Of a stretch of 54,125 nt of DNA, positions 9,886 through 19,134 are shown in pieces. The first letter of the stretch is position 1. Each line of letters starts with the position of its first letter. Location: the NCBI GenBank assembly GCA_964405775.1, contig CAYOPG010000004.1:1-54125 (forward strand), written 5' to 3'. Source of the DNA: an uncultured Lentisphaerales bacterium (lineage in GTDB: Bacteria; Verrucomicrobiota; Kiritimatiellia; RFP12; UBA3636). The notes under the pieces are model-generated. The model saw only the letters and a program-made list of their open reading frames with translations, did no database searches and had not been told where the DNA came from. Position numbers and translations under genes: made by a program.

Positions 9886-11139
9886 TTACTTTGCAGATGG
9901 AAGTGAGTTCCACCGCGTAGTATAGCTCGGGGAGAGCATGCCGCGCTTCATCGCCCATTTGCGTTCGATTCCTGAAGACAGTGTGAAGACAGCGCCCCTT
10001 CCATGGTGGCTGTTTATTTCGTCTACAACTTGGTAAAGCCCGTCTCTTTTTGGTTTTGCCTTGGCGACTGTGAACAGATCCGGTTGTGGCTTTTCCTTGG
10101 GTTCCAGTCCGAAGAAGACGACTCCGGCTTTTTTATAGCGGCGACCTTCGCGGTAAATGCCACGCAACGCAGGCCGGATCGCATGGAGCATGCTTGACGT
10201 GTCGTCGGTCAGCGGTTCAAAAGCCACTGTTGTTGAGGTGAATCCCCCATCAGAAGGCGAGGTCCCATATTCAGGGTAGTACTGGAAATATACGTTCGCA
10301 CCTGCGGCTATTTGCTTTTCTTTACGCAGTTTTTCAGCGGAGCTTGCGGTGTAGAATGATACCGCCTCTTCGAGTTCACGCAAATCCTCCACCGGATATC
10401 CGAAAGATCTCGAACACGAGACGCTTTGCGACAAGTCTTCAGGATCTTCGTCTACGACAGCGGGTGTTCCGCGGAGTTCGAGCGCCGTTCGTGCTACGTT
10501 AACGCTGAAAGCGTCCTGAAGTTTTTTTATATCAGCCTGCGCGAGCTGGAGTGCCGTTCTTATGCCACGGCTGCGCAGCTTTACACCGAGTCTGGAGCCG
10601 ATGCCCCAAACTTCCTCTACGGTCAGGTCGCGCAGGACGTTAGAGGCATCGGCTGGCATGATAAACACCCCTTCCGGTCTTTTCTTGCCGATGTGGTTGG
10701 CGATTTTCGCGAGCGTCTTGGTTGGTGCGAACCCGACTCCGCACGGTATGCCGATCCACTTCAGAATTGCTGATCTTATTTCCTTTGAATATGCATAGTA
10801 GTCTAGACTAGGAATCGACAACTCGATGAAAGCCTCGTCAATGGAATACGGCTCAACCACAGGGGCGAACTCGTGCAATATCTGGACGAGGCGGCGCGAC
10901 ATATCTCCGTATAGCTCATAGTTGCTCGACTTCAGGACTATGCCACTTTTGGCCATAATGGGCTTTAATTTGAAGTACGGCGTGCCCATGGGAATGTCTA
11001 GCGCCTTGAATTCCTGCGATCGGGAGATCACACATCCGTCGTTGTTGCTTAGGACAGCCACGGGTCGGCCTTCGAGCGACAGATCGAACACCCGTTCGCA
11101 GGACACGTAGAAATTATTGCCGTCGACGAGGCCGATCAT
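9886..11139 (-). CDS. umuC: Y-family DNA polymerase V catalytic subunit
   Basis: VDGNNFYVSCE, SNNDGC, SSNYELY, YSIDEAF, C-terminal WAMKRGMLSPSYTTRW (DUF4113-like); ATGA overlap with umuD. Confidence 0.92.
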   Translation of the reverse strand: MIGLVDGNNFYVSCERVFDLSLEGRPVAVLSNNDGCVISRSQEFKALDIPMGTPYFKLKPIMAKSGIVLKSSNYELYGDMSRRLVQILHEFAPVVEPYSIDEAFIELSIPSLDYYAYSKEIRSAILKWIGIPCGVGFAPTKTLAKIANHIGKKRPEGVFIMPADASNVLRDLTVEEVWGIGSRLGVKLRSRGIRTALQLAQADIKKLQDAFSVNVARTALELRGTPAVVDEDPEDLSQSVSCSRSFGYPVEDLRELEEAVSFYTASSAEKLRKEKQIAAGANVYFQYYPEYGTSPSDGGFTSTTVAFEPLTDDTSSMLHAIRPALRGIYREGRRYKKAGVVFFGLEPKEKPQPDLFTVAKAKPKRDGLYQVVDEINSHHGRGAVFTLSSGIERKWAMKRGMLSPSYTTRWNSLPSAK

Positions 11140-11552
11140 TGAGCAGCCTCAAACTTGTGAATCACGGCTGTGACCACACCGAAAATCCGCAACTCTGCCT
11201 CGCCGTCTGGAATGATGGGCTTGTAGCGGCGGTTTGAAGCCTCGAGCCTGACTCCGGCTCCGTCGTTTCTGAAAAACTTAACCGTGAACTCTCCGTCCAA
11301 CGCAGCGATTACGACCGCGCCATCGTGTGGTTCCATGCTTCGGTCCACGACCAGAATGTCACCTGGCCGTATGCCCGCATCTATCATCGAATCCCCGGCC
11401 GCCCTTACGAAAAAAGTTGCGGCAGGGTGTTTTACTAGAAGCTCGTTCAGATCCAGCGGAGCCTCGGTGTACTGTTCCGCCGGCGACGGAAATCCGGCCA
11501 TGACCGTTGCATCCACCAGAGGCGACGTTTCCTTTGTGTTACGCTTGCTCAC
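11136..11552 (-). CDS. umuD: UmuD-like S24 autoprotease subunit
   Basis: Ala-Gly cleavage site (MAGFPSPA), Ser in GDSM, Lys in FTVK. Confidence 0.92.
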   Translation of the reverse strand: MSKRNTKETSPLVDATVMAGFPSPAEQYTEAPLDLNELLVKHPAATFFVRAAGDSMIDAGIRPGDILVVDRSMEPHDGAVVIAALDGEFTVKFFRNDGAGVRLEASNRRYKPIIPDGEAELRIFGVVTAVIHKFEAAQ

Positions 11553-11560
11553 GGCTTTGA

Positions 11561-11589
11561 ATGATATTAAAAGCGTCGCTCACAGTCAA
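11561..11589 (-). promoter_or_regulatory. Putative sigma70 promoter for umuDC
   Basis: Minus strand TTGACT (11589-11584), 17-nt spacer, TATCAT (11566-11561), 8 nt before the GTG start. Confidence 0.55.
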
Positions 11590-11646
11590 TGTCCGGGCTT
11601 TTTAATTTTTATTGTTTTGTCTTTACTTGTTTGTTAGAATTGCGGC

Positions 11647-12111
11647 ATGAAAACCTATATAGCATTGGTTCTTGGTGGCGCCTTTTTAATGACGGTCGAA
11701 ATATTTCTTCCAGGCGGTGTTCTCGGCGTGCTGGGGGTGATGGCGCTATTGGCTGCGGCGTACTTCGCGGTATCCACTTTTGGCGGCGCCACCGGGTATT
11801 TGCTGGCGGCGTTGGCCATCCTCATAGGATGCCTCATGGTCTATCTAGTGGTACGGATTTTCCCGGACACTTTCGTTGGAAGGAACCTTTCTCTCAAAAC
11901 CGATATGAAGGAATCGCGCGCCGACGATGTCGGGCTTGTGGAGCTCTTAGGATCTGAAGGCGTTGCCGTGACCATTCTGCGTCCAGCCGGTTTTGCGGAA
12001 ATTGGCGGCAAAAGGGTGGATGTGGTGACACGCGGCGAGAACATCGAACAAGGCACGAAAGTGCGTGTGGTCGAGGTCGAGGGCAACCGCGTTGTAGTAG
12101 AGAAAATTTAA
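11647..12111 (+). CDS. NfeD-family membrane protein (short, C-terminal OB fold)
   Basis: EIFLPGGVLGVLG TM hairpins; LRPAG...VDVVTRGENIEQG..VRVVEVEGNRVVV; upstream of floA. Confidence 0.88.
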   Translation: MKTYIALVLGGAFLMTVEIFLPGGVLGVLGVMALLAAAYFAVSTFGGATGYLLAALAILIGCLMVYLVVRIFPDTFVGRNLSLKTDMKESRADDVGLVELLGSEGVAVTILRPAGFAEIGGKRVDVVTRGENIEQGTKVRVVEVEGNRVVVEKI

Positions 12112-12144
12112 GATTAAACAGCAGGAAAAAAGGAGACGGATACA

Positions 12145-13197
12145 ATGAATCTGACCATAATCGCGGCGGCAAACGGGGCGCTTGGAAATGTCATAATCGG
12201 CATATTGTTCCTAGCGGCAATTATAATTCTGGGGCTTGTACTTCAGGTCATCGGTATTTGGATCCGCGCCTTGGTGTCGTCTGCCAGGGTTTCGCTCTGG
12301 TCTCTGATCGGCATGAAGTTCCGGCGCGTAAATCCGGCGTTGATTGTTGATGCCCGCATCAGGCTTGTCAAGGCGGGGCTTTCCATTAGCACCGACCTCC
12401 TCGAGAGCCATTTCCTCTCCGGCGGCGATGTCATAAACGTTGTGAACGCGCTGATCGCGGCCGACAAGGCTGGCATAAAGCTAGACTTCAAGAAGGCGAC
12501 GGCTATCGACCTGGCTGGACGCGACGTGCTTGAGGCTGTACGCACGTCAGTTAATCCGAAAGTGATAGACTGTCCGGCTCCAAAGACTGGGTCGGGCGGA
12601 TCTGGCATGCTAGACGCAGTTGCTAAGGACGGCATACGGCTTCTCGTAAAGGCTCGGGTCACAGTGCGCGCCAATATCGACCGTCTTGTGGGAGGAGCAA
12701 ACGAGGAGACTATTATCGCGCGTGTAGGTCAAGGCATAGTATCATCGATCGGATCTTGCGAGACTTACAAGCATGTGCTCGAAAATCCCGACCAGATTTC
12801 CGCCAAGGTTCTTGCAAGCGGTCTGGATTCCCAGACGGGCTTTGAAATTGTGTCAATCGATATAGCCGATATTTCCGTAGCCAGCGTAAGTGACGTTGCT
12901 AACGTCGGCGCACAACTGGAAACCGAACGTGCCAACGCGGACAAACAGCTACGTCAGGCTGAGGCGGAGGGGCGCCGCGCCATGGCCGTTGCGCTTGAGC
13001 AGGAAATGCGCGCCCGTGTTCAGGAGATGGAGGCCAAGGTTGTCGAGGCCAAAGCTGAAGTCCCAAGGGCGATGGCGCAGGCTCTGCGCGAAGGCAAACT
13101 TGGTGTAATGGATTATTACAGACTCCAGAACATCGAGTCTGATACTGAAATGCGCAACTCCATCGCAAGACCGGGTGCTCCGGAAACTCGTAAATAA
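12145..13197 (+). CDS. floA: Flotillin-like protein FloA (YqfA/UPF0365)
   Basis: [44 protein letters not shown]. Confidence 0.93.
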   Translation: MNLTIIAAANGALGNVIIGILFLAAIIILGLVLQVIGIWIRALVSSARVSLWSLIGMKFRRVNPALIVDARIRLVKAGLSISTDLLESHFLSGGDVINVVNALIAADKAGIKLDFKKATAIDLAGRDVLEAVRTSVNPKVIDCPAPKTGSGGSGMLDAVAKDGIRLLVKARVTVRANIDRLVGGANEETIIARVGQGIVSSIGSCETYKHVLENPDQISAKVLASGLDSQTGFEIVSIDIADISVASVSDVANVGAQLETERANADKQLRQAEAEGRRAMAVALEQEMRARVQEMEAKVVEAKAEVPRAMAQALREGKLGVMDYYRLQNIESDTEMRNSIARPGAPETRK

Positions 13198-13700
13198 TGA
13201 TAGAACTGTTTTTTCTATTTCTGGTGTTCGGTGGTATCGCGCTCGTGAGAACGGTGCGCGAGGCCGCGAAGTTGGAGCAGAACCGGCCTCGGGCTGGCAC
13301 CACGCCTGACGAATCCAGTGTTGACGGAAAATCCATTTTCGACGTGCTCGAAGAGATTAGACGCGAAAGGGAGCCTGTCCCGGAACTCGATGACCATGAG
13401 TTCGATTCGCCGGAGGGAGTCCACCCTAAGATGCGCCGCTGGATTTATCCTGGACAGGAGGTTGTCAGAACACAGATACCCCGACCGCCACCGCCGTCAT
13501 CTCCTCCTGCACCAGTGCCGCCGATAGTCTCCAACGTGCTTGACAAGCCTGAATTCCCCCACGGAAAGTATAAGAAGGCTTATGTTAACACAGGATTGTC
13601 TCATCCTGTGTTTAAAATGGACGGATTGACTTCCGGTGAAATGGCGCAGAGGGCGATCGTGCTTCGTGAGGTTCTGGGGCCACCTGTCGGCCTAAGATGA
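13197..13700 (+). CDS. Hypothetical protein in the third position of the nfeD-floA operon (YqfB-like)
   Basis: N-terminal TM, Pro-rich linker, C-terminal AIVLREVLGPPVGLR; 1-nt overlap with floA stop. Confidence 0.65.
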   Translation: MIELFFLFLVFGGIALVRTVREAAKLEQNRPRAGTTPDESSVDGKSIFDVLEEIRREREPVPELDDHEFDSPEGVHPKMRRWIYPGQEVVRTQIPRPPPPSSPPAPVPPIVSNVLDKPEFPHGKYKKAYVNTGLSHPVFKMDGLTSGEMAQRAIVLREVLGPPVGLR

Positions 13701-13711
13701 CTTCCCGTACG

Positions 13712-14089
13712 TCACCGGGGGCGTTTTACCTTCTTGACCGTTGCGGACTTGAGCTTGTCGAGCGTCTCTGCGCTGAGGATGTGTTCCATAGAACACGCGT
13801 CCCTGTCTGCATTCTCCTCGGAAACTCCGATAGACAGTAGAAAGCTTTTTAGAATGGTGTGCCGCTCGAAAATCATTTCTGCACGGCGTTTGCCTTCATC
13901 GGTGATCTTGATTTCTCTATAGCGCTCGTACTCCACGTATCCTAGTTTTGCGAGTTCTTTTACAGCGTTATTCACCGATGGCATCTTGACTCCGAGTACG
14001 TGTGCCACATCTACGACTCGGGCGATGCCCGTTTCGGAAATCTGCCGATGTATCGCCTCAAGGTAGTCTTCAAGACTTTTCGTCATCAT
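13712..14089 (-). CDS. DtxR/MntR-family metal-dependent regulator
   Basis: SLEDYLEAI, ARVVDVA..LGVKMPSV, RHTIL..FL, DACSMEH; no SH3 domain; ATG 14089 preferred over track start 14131. Confidence 0.88.
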   Translation of the reverse strand: MMTKSLEDYLEAIHRQISETGIARVVDVAHVLGVKMPSVNNAVKELAKLGYVEYERYREIKITDEGKRRAEMIFERHTILKSFLLSIGVSEENADRDACSMEHILSAETLDKLKSATVKKVKRPR

Positions 14090-14145
14090 AACACGCCCAG
14101 TATACATCGCCGCCCCAACTCTGTTCAACAAAAAAGTGTTTTGTA

Positions 14146-14174
14146 TTTACATTACATGGGGTGTGATTTATAAT
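14146..14174 (+). promoter_or_regulatory. Putative sigma70 promoter for CoA-disulfide reductase gene
   Basis: TTTACA (14146-14151), 17-nt spacer, TATAAT (14169-14174). Confidence 0.65.
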
Positions 14175-14222
14175 TCCAACCTTAATTTCACGGATCACAC
14201 AAGTCAAATTTAGAGGGGCAGG

Positions 14223-15890
14223 ATGAAGCGGATGAAGATAGTTGTAATCGGAGGAGTGGCTGCTGGTGCCGGTGCGGCTGCGAGATTGCGCAGGCTGGAT
14301 GAGAAGGCGGAAATTGTGCTGATTGAGCGCGGGCCATATATTTCCTATGCAAATTGCGGGCTGCCTTACCATGTTGGGGAAGTTATACCAGCACGAGATT
14401 CGCTTATGGTTATGCCTCTTGAAAAATTCACGAGCTGGTTCAATGTGGATGTCCGTGTGAACAGCGAAGTCGTATCAATTGACAGAACTGGGATGAAGAT
14501 TGCTGTCCGAGGTCCGGATGGAAACTATACTGAGTCCTACGACAAGCTACTGATCGCCACTGGTTCCTCCCCGATCAAAATGCAACTGCCAGGCAGTGAT
14601 GATCCGCGTGTAACGAGTCTTTGGACTATCCCTGACATGGACAGGGTAAAAGATAAAATTAATGGCGGAGCCAAGCGCGCGCTTGTTGTTGGAGCAGGTT
14701 TCATAGGTCTTGAAGTTGCGGAGAATCTAAACGGCCGGGGCTTGGAGGTGACGGTAGTTGAGCTCATGGATCAGGTGCTGCCAACTGTGGACAAGGAGAT
14801 GACGACACCGTTGGCTCAGGAGCTTTCTGCATCAGGCATTTCACTGAGACTTGGACACAAAGTCGAGAGGTTTGAAGATGAAAACGGGGCTTTCTCCGCA
14901 GTCCTTGATGATGGTTCACGGATTCCCTCCGATTTAGTGATTATGTCCGTTGGCGTCAAGCCGAACTCCGAAATTGCAAAGGCGGCAGGGCTTGCGACGG
15001 GACCTCGAGGCCATATAGCTGTTGATGAGCATCTACAGACATCCGATCCAAATATTTTTGCGGCTGGCGATGTAATAGAAGTTGTGGATCCGGTCTTGGG
15101 CGGCAAAATCGCAATACCCTTGGCGGGGCCTGCCAACAAGCAGGCGCGAATCGTTGCGGACAACATAGCGGGACGTTCATCAAAATATGAAGGTAGCTAC
15201 GGCGCATCGATAATCAAAATCGGATCGTTGACCGCAGCCAGCGTAGGGGCAACTGAGCGCAGACTCAAACAGGCGGGGGTGGAATACCGGAAAATTTACG
15301 CACACTGTGGCTCAAACGCCTCGTACTACCCGTGCGCGGAGATGATGAAGATGAAGCTGCTTTTCGCCAAAGACGGCAAGATACTCGGTGCGCAAATCGT
15401 AGGAGTCAAGGGCGCCGACAAGCGCATAGACGTTATAGCGTCGGCGATGCGCAGCGGAGTCACTGCACCTGGGCTGGCTATGCTGGAGCTCTCTTATGCG
15501 CCACCGTTCAATTCCGCGAAGGATCCTGTGAATATGCTTGGCATGATTGCGGACGACGTCCTCAACGGGGATACGAGACCGGTGCATTCCGACGCCATTC
15601 CAGACGGAGCGCTTCTTGTTGACGTCCGCGAACCGGCGGAGTCGCAGAACAGTCCCATTCCAGGGTTCATAAACATCCCGCTGGGGAAGTTGCGTTCACG
15701 GCTTGACGAGCTAGATAAAACGAGAAAAATAGTCGTCACATGCGCGGTAGGCCAGAGGGGGTTCTTCGCTGAGAGAATCCTCAGGCAAAATGGATTTGAC
15801 GCCTATAACCTTTCCGGTGGCTGTGCTACATGGAAACTGTTCAATCCTCCTCCATTGGTGCCCTCGGAAAAAACTGAAGGTTGTGGGTGA
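14223..15890 (+). CDS. CoA-disulfide/persulfide reductase with C-terminal rhodanese domain
   Basis: GGVAAG FAD motif, SYANCGLPY redox Cys, GAGFIGLE NADH motif, ELSYAPP, rhodanese DVRE...CAVGQRG. Confidence 0.9.
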   Translation: MKRMKIVVIGGVAAGAGAAARLRRLDEKAEIVLIERGPYISYANCGLPYHVGEVIPARDSLMVMPLEKFTSWFNVDVRVNSEVVSIDRTGMKIAVRGPDGNYTESYDKLLIATGSSPIKMQLPGSDDPRVTSLWTIPDMDRVKDKINGGAKRALVVGAGFIGLEVAENLNGRGLEVTVVELMDQVLPTVDKEMTTPLAQELSASGISLRLGHKVERFEDENGAFSAVLDDGSRIPSDLVIMSVGVKPNSEIAKAAGLATGPRGHIAVDEHLQTSDPNIFAAGDVIEVVDPVLGGKIAIPLAGPANKQARIVADNIAGRSSKYEGSYGASIIKIGSLTAASVGATERRLKQAGVEYRKIYAHCGSNASYYPCAEMMKMKLLFAKDGKILGAQIVGVKGADKRIDVIASAMRSGVTAPGLAMLELSYAPPFNSAKDPVNMLGMIADDVLNGDTRPVHSDAIPDGALLVDVREPAESQNSPIPGFINIPLGKLRSRLDELDKTRKIVVTCAVGQRGFFAERILRQNGFDAYNLSGGCATWKLFNPPPLVPSEKTEGCG

Positions 15891-16028
15891 GGAACCGAAC
15901 GCTTGTAAGCATTAACAAGAGCGATCGGTGCCCCGTTGCGGTCGTGTAGAAAGCTTTGTAACAGCAACAACACTCTTCCTCATCCAGCGGCCAAGTCTGG
16001 TCGGCTGCAGAGGATGAAACACCAACTC

Positions 16029-17180
16029 TTACGAGTAGGTTCCCTTAATCACGTTTTCATCGGGCGTGAGGGTTTCCGGCAATCCTGAAATCTTGCTCAT
16101 GTACTTAAGCAGCTGGCTTACGCGCTGCATGCTCTCGTAGGCGAGCCGGACCAACTCTGCTTGAGCGGGGGGTATTTTGCCGCCTTTATCAGACTGCAGA
16201 AGCTCTAGAGATCCAATCGCCGCAGTCATTGGCTGGAGCATCTCCTGGTTAATTTCAGCGTACTGTTCGAGGAGCTCGGAGCGCGTCAAGTTGATGCCGA
16301 CGCCGCGATTGCGTGCCTGTGACTCAATCGTGGCGATTGTCAGACGATCCGCCTCCACCTGGCTCGCGAGGCGGTTGATGTGTTCTCTGGTTTCCTGCGA
16401 GGACGCTTCAACCATTTTGAGAATGCGTTCGATGGAGGACAGAATCTGCTTCTCTCCGATTCCGGGCGGTATTTGATTTTCGTTTTCGAGAAGGGCTGCC
16501 GTCGCTCGCAGCATCGATGCCATTTTGAGGGCGTCCTCACGCCGGGTGGCTCCTAGCCGTTCTGCTAGCGAGAGTTTGTTGCTGGAGTCGCCATCTCCAG
16601 CACCAATTAAGGGGGAGTTGGCATCCACCGTCTCTGCCGAGATATGGAATTCATCAAAGTTTCCGCCCAAATCCAGCGAAAAAACCCCTGTGTAGGAGCT
16701 TCCAGCATGTTTCTCTTGTTCTGTCTCCTCCAGATCCATAACGCGGCGATATTTGGATTCGGTGGATGCGACTCCCTTTAATCTTGCGTTGTTTAGGGCA
16801 TTCAGGAAGCCGCCAAGTCTCTCCAGCGAGGCAGGAGTCCCCGAAAGCAGGTTGATCGTGGTTTGGAATTCATTTTCGGTCACCTCTGGGCTGAATATGA
16901 TGCCGTGGACTTTGTGGGCCTCGAACCTTTTGAAGAAAGGCTCCATGCGTCTGGACCCGGCATCGACAGGATTGCCGTTTACGAGATATGCGTTGTCTGA
17001 AAGCGCGAGTTCGATCAGCCCGTATTTATCGACGACGGCTCTGAGCAGTCCATAAGCTTCCTGCAGCGACTGCACCGTAACTTTGTGCGCCGCTCCGTAC
17101 ATCGAGGTCTGCATTACAAGCATTCCGAAGGAATCCAGCATGGGCAAAAAATGTGTTTCAGGTATTTTTTGTGTCTTCAT
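16029..17180 (-). CDS. Hypothetical signalling protein with C-terminal DHp-like helical hairpin lacking His
   Basis: N-terminal alpha/beta domain (MYGAAHKVT), coiled region, C-terminal INQEMLQPMTAAIGSLELL; ATGA overlap with PAS gene. Confidence 0.55.
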   Translation of the reverse strand: MKTQKIPETHFLPMLDSFGMLVMQTSMYGAAHKVTVQSLQEAYGLLRAVVDKYGLIELALSDNAYLVNGNPVDAGSRRMEPFFKRFEAHKVHGIIFSPEVTENEFQTTINLLSGTPASLERLGGFLNALNNARLKGVASTESKYRRVMDLEETEQEKHAGSSYTGVFSLDLGGNFDEFHISAETVDANSPLIGAGDGDSSNKLSLAERLGATRREDALKMASMLRATAALLENENQIPPGIGEKQILSSIERILKMVEASSQETREHINRLASQVEADRLTIATIESQARNRGVGINLTRSELLEQYAEINQEMLQPMTAAIGSLELLQSDKGGKIPPAQAELVRLAYESMQRVSQLLKYMSKISGLPETLTPDENVIKGTYS

Positions 17181-18244
17181 TCAATGCTCCTTTCTTTTAC
17201 AGAAAGCCTTGCGGCGTTAATTTCCTTTAAGCATTCCCGCAACTCCAGCACGGCATTATAGCACATGTTTTCGACTTGTGCGCGCGACTCTTTGGGGAGC
17301 TCCCCTCCGTCATGGAGCAGTTCAATCCCCGTCAGAAGCACCGTCGCCGGCTGTCCTACAGAGTGGCACGCCTCGGAGAGAGCTTCCATCATAAGGTGCT
17401 CCTTCTCCAAGGTGTTCTCCGCGATTTCTGCTCGGCGCCGATCCGTAGTGTCGATAATGGATATAACCATGCCGAGCGTGTGCCCATCCTCGTTTATGTC
17501 TGGTACTGCTGATATCTGGATGTATCGGATATCTTCATGGTGTTCGACTTGCTTTTCGGTGGTCCATCGTTCCCCTTTGGATATGGCCTCTATCATCGGC
17601 TCTACAATAGTGTATTCGTCAAACCATACTCTCAGGTTCTGCCCGATAACTTTCGTGTCGTCACCGCCTCCCAGCATGGATAGCAATTTGCGGTTGCCAT
17701 ACGATATCCAGCCGTTTGTGTCCGCTATGCCTATCCCCGAGTCTGTGTTGTCCATGGCATGGTAGGCCGAAAGAAGTGTCTGCTCCGCTTCCTTGCTCTC
17801 CTGGACATCCCTTATGAGGAAACACAAAAAATCCGATTGGCCTGGCTTAGTCCCGCGCCCGATCATCTCCACGGCGACGAAAGAGCCGTCGAACCGCTTC
17901 GCGAAAGCCTGAACGCGCATGTATCTGCCTTCGTTCACAGTTTTAACAGCCTCCGACATGAAGGCGTCCGTCATGCCCGCGATGAGGGAGTGCAGGGCAA
18001 ATCCCTCCAGTGATCCGAAATCCAAATAGCCAAAGAAATCAACCGCGCGATCGTTGCTTGAGACTATGATCCCGTCTTTTTCTGTCAAAAGTATGGCGTC
18101 ATAAGAAGACTCAAACATATATTTGTAGTCGATTCCTTCGATTGGCAACATTTCCCCTGACCGTTTTTTCCGATCCGCATACGATGCATCGTACCCAAAA
18201 GACCGTATGTCTATTTTCAGGGTTTGCGCACTATTGGCTTTCAT
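17177..18244 (-). CDS. Tandem-PAS protein ending in a HisKA-like segment, no ATPase domain
   Basis: Two PAS-like repeats (FESSYDAILLTEKDGII..N; MDNTDSGIGIADTNGWISYGN), then ACHSVGQPATVLL and stop. Confidence 0.75.
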   Translation of the reverse strand: MKANSAQTLKIDIRSFGYDASYADRKKRSGEMLPIEGIDYKYMFESSYDAILLTEKDGIIVSSNDRAVDFFGYLDFGSLEGFALHSLIAGMTDAFMSEAVKTVNEGRYMRVQAFAKRFDGSFVAVEMIGRGTKPGQSDFLCFLIRDVQESKEAEQTLLSAYHAMDNTDSGIGIADTNGWISYGNRKLLSMLGGGDDTKVIGQNLRVWFDEYTIVEPMIEAISKGERWTTEKQVEHHEDIRYIQISAVPDINEDGHTLGMVISIIDTTDRRRAEIAENTLEKEHLMMEALSEACHSVGQPATVLLTGIELLHDGGELPKESRAQVENMCYNAVLELRECLKEINAARLSVKERSIE

Positions 18245-18408
18245 CGTTTCCTCTCGTTATCTAGCTTTGGTCGATCAGCACGGGCAAGCCGTTCAAGCTT
18301 CGCCACTTTGCGGTTCTCCGACAAAGAATGGATTCTGCCTTAACACGGAGTTTTTTGCAAGGGAAAAGGATAATTCTGGGAAAGTATATTGCATACTCAA
18401 ATGGTTGA

Positions 18409-19134
18409 TCACCTACTCCAATATGCCGTGTATTCGATGTTGCCTTTTGAGCCTGTGATAGGAGATTCTGCTACGCCGTTCCATACGAGCCCTATAGATT
18501 CACCGAACGATTTGATAGAGGAGATGACTTCCTGACGTACAGCTTCGTCGCGTACTACGCCGCCTTTGCCGACTTGTCCGCGCCCCGCCTCAAACTGCGG
18601 TTTGATTAGTGTGACGATTCCGCTGCCGGGAGCCAGAACTGCCGCCAAAGGCGGAAGGATTATTTTAAGAGAAATAAAAGAAACATCGCAAACGGCGAAT
18701 TCAGGTGTATATGGCAGGTCTGAGGCTTTCAAGTTGCGGGCGTTGAATTTCTCTATAACCGTGACCCTCGGGTTCTCGCGAAGTCGCGGGTGCAACTGGT
18801 CGATGCCCACATCAAGCGCGATAACATGTTCGGCGCCATTCTGGAGAAGGCAGTCGGTGAAACCTCCGGTTGAAGCGCCTACGTCGAGGCATTTTAGGCC
18901 TGTGACATCCAAGTTGAATGCTTTGAATGCGCCTTCTAGCTTTTCGCCACCACGGCTCACGAATCGGCTTTCGGCTATAAGCTCCACTTCGATGTCATCG
19001 GAGTATTTATTGCCAGATTTCGGGGACGGGTGGTCTTTTACTCGGACTTTGCCCTCCATGACCAAACGCTGAGCGGCGGTTCGACTCTCCGCTATGCCTC
19101 GGTTAACGAGGAGCTCGTCGAGGCGGATTTTCAC
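18409..19134 (-). CDS. tlyA: TlyA-family rRNA 2'-O-methyltransferase (S4 + FtsJ)
   Basis: RLDELLV, FVSRGGEKL, LDVGASTGGFTD, DVSFISL, LIKPQFEAG; GTG 19134 overlaps upstream stop (GTGA). Confidence 0.93.
   Translation of the reverse strand: MKIRLDELLVNRGIAESRTAAQRLVMEGKVRVKDHPSPKSGNKYSDDIEVELIAESRFVSRGGEKLEGAFKAFNLDVTGLKCLDVGASTGGFTDCLLQNGAEHVIALDVGIDQLHPRLRENPRVTVIEKFNARNLKASDLPYTPEFAVCDVSFISLKIILPPLAAVLAPGSGIVTLIKPQFEAGRGQVGKGGVVRDEAVRQEVISSIKSFGESIGLVWNGVAESPITGSKGNIEYTAYWSR

Noticed and set aside
11627-11641. TGTTT-GTTA-GAATT as a Verrucomicrobia-type LexA box
   Set aside because: Three mismatches in ten positions to TGTTC-N4-GAACA in AT-rich DNA
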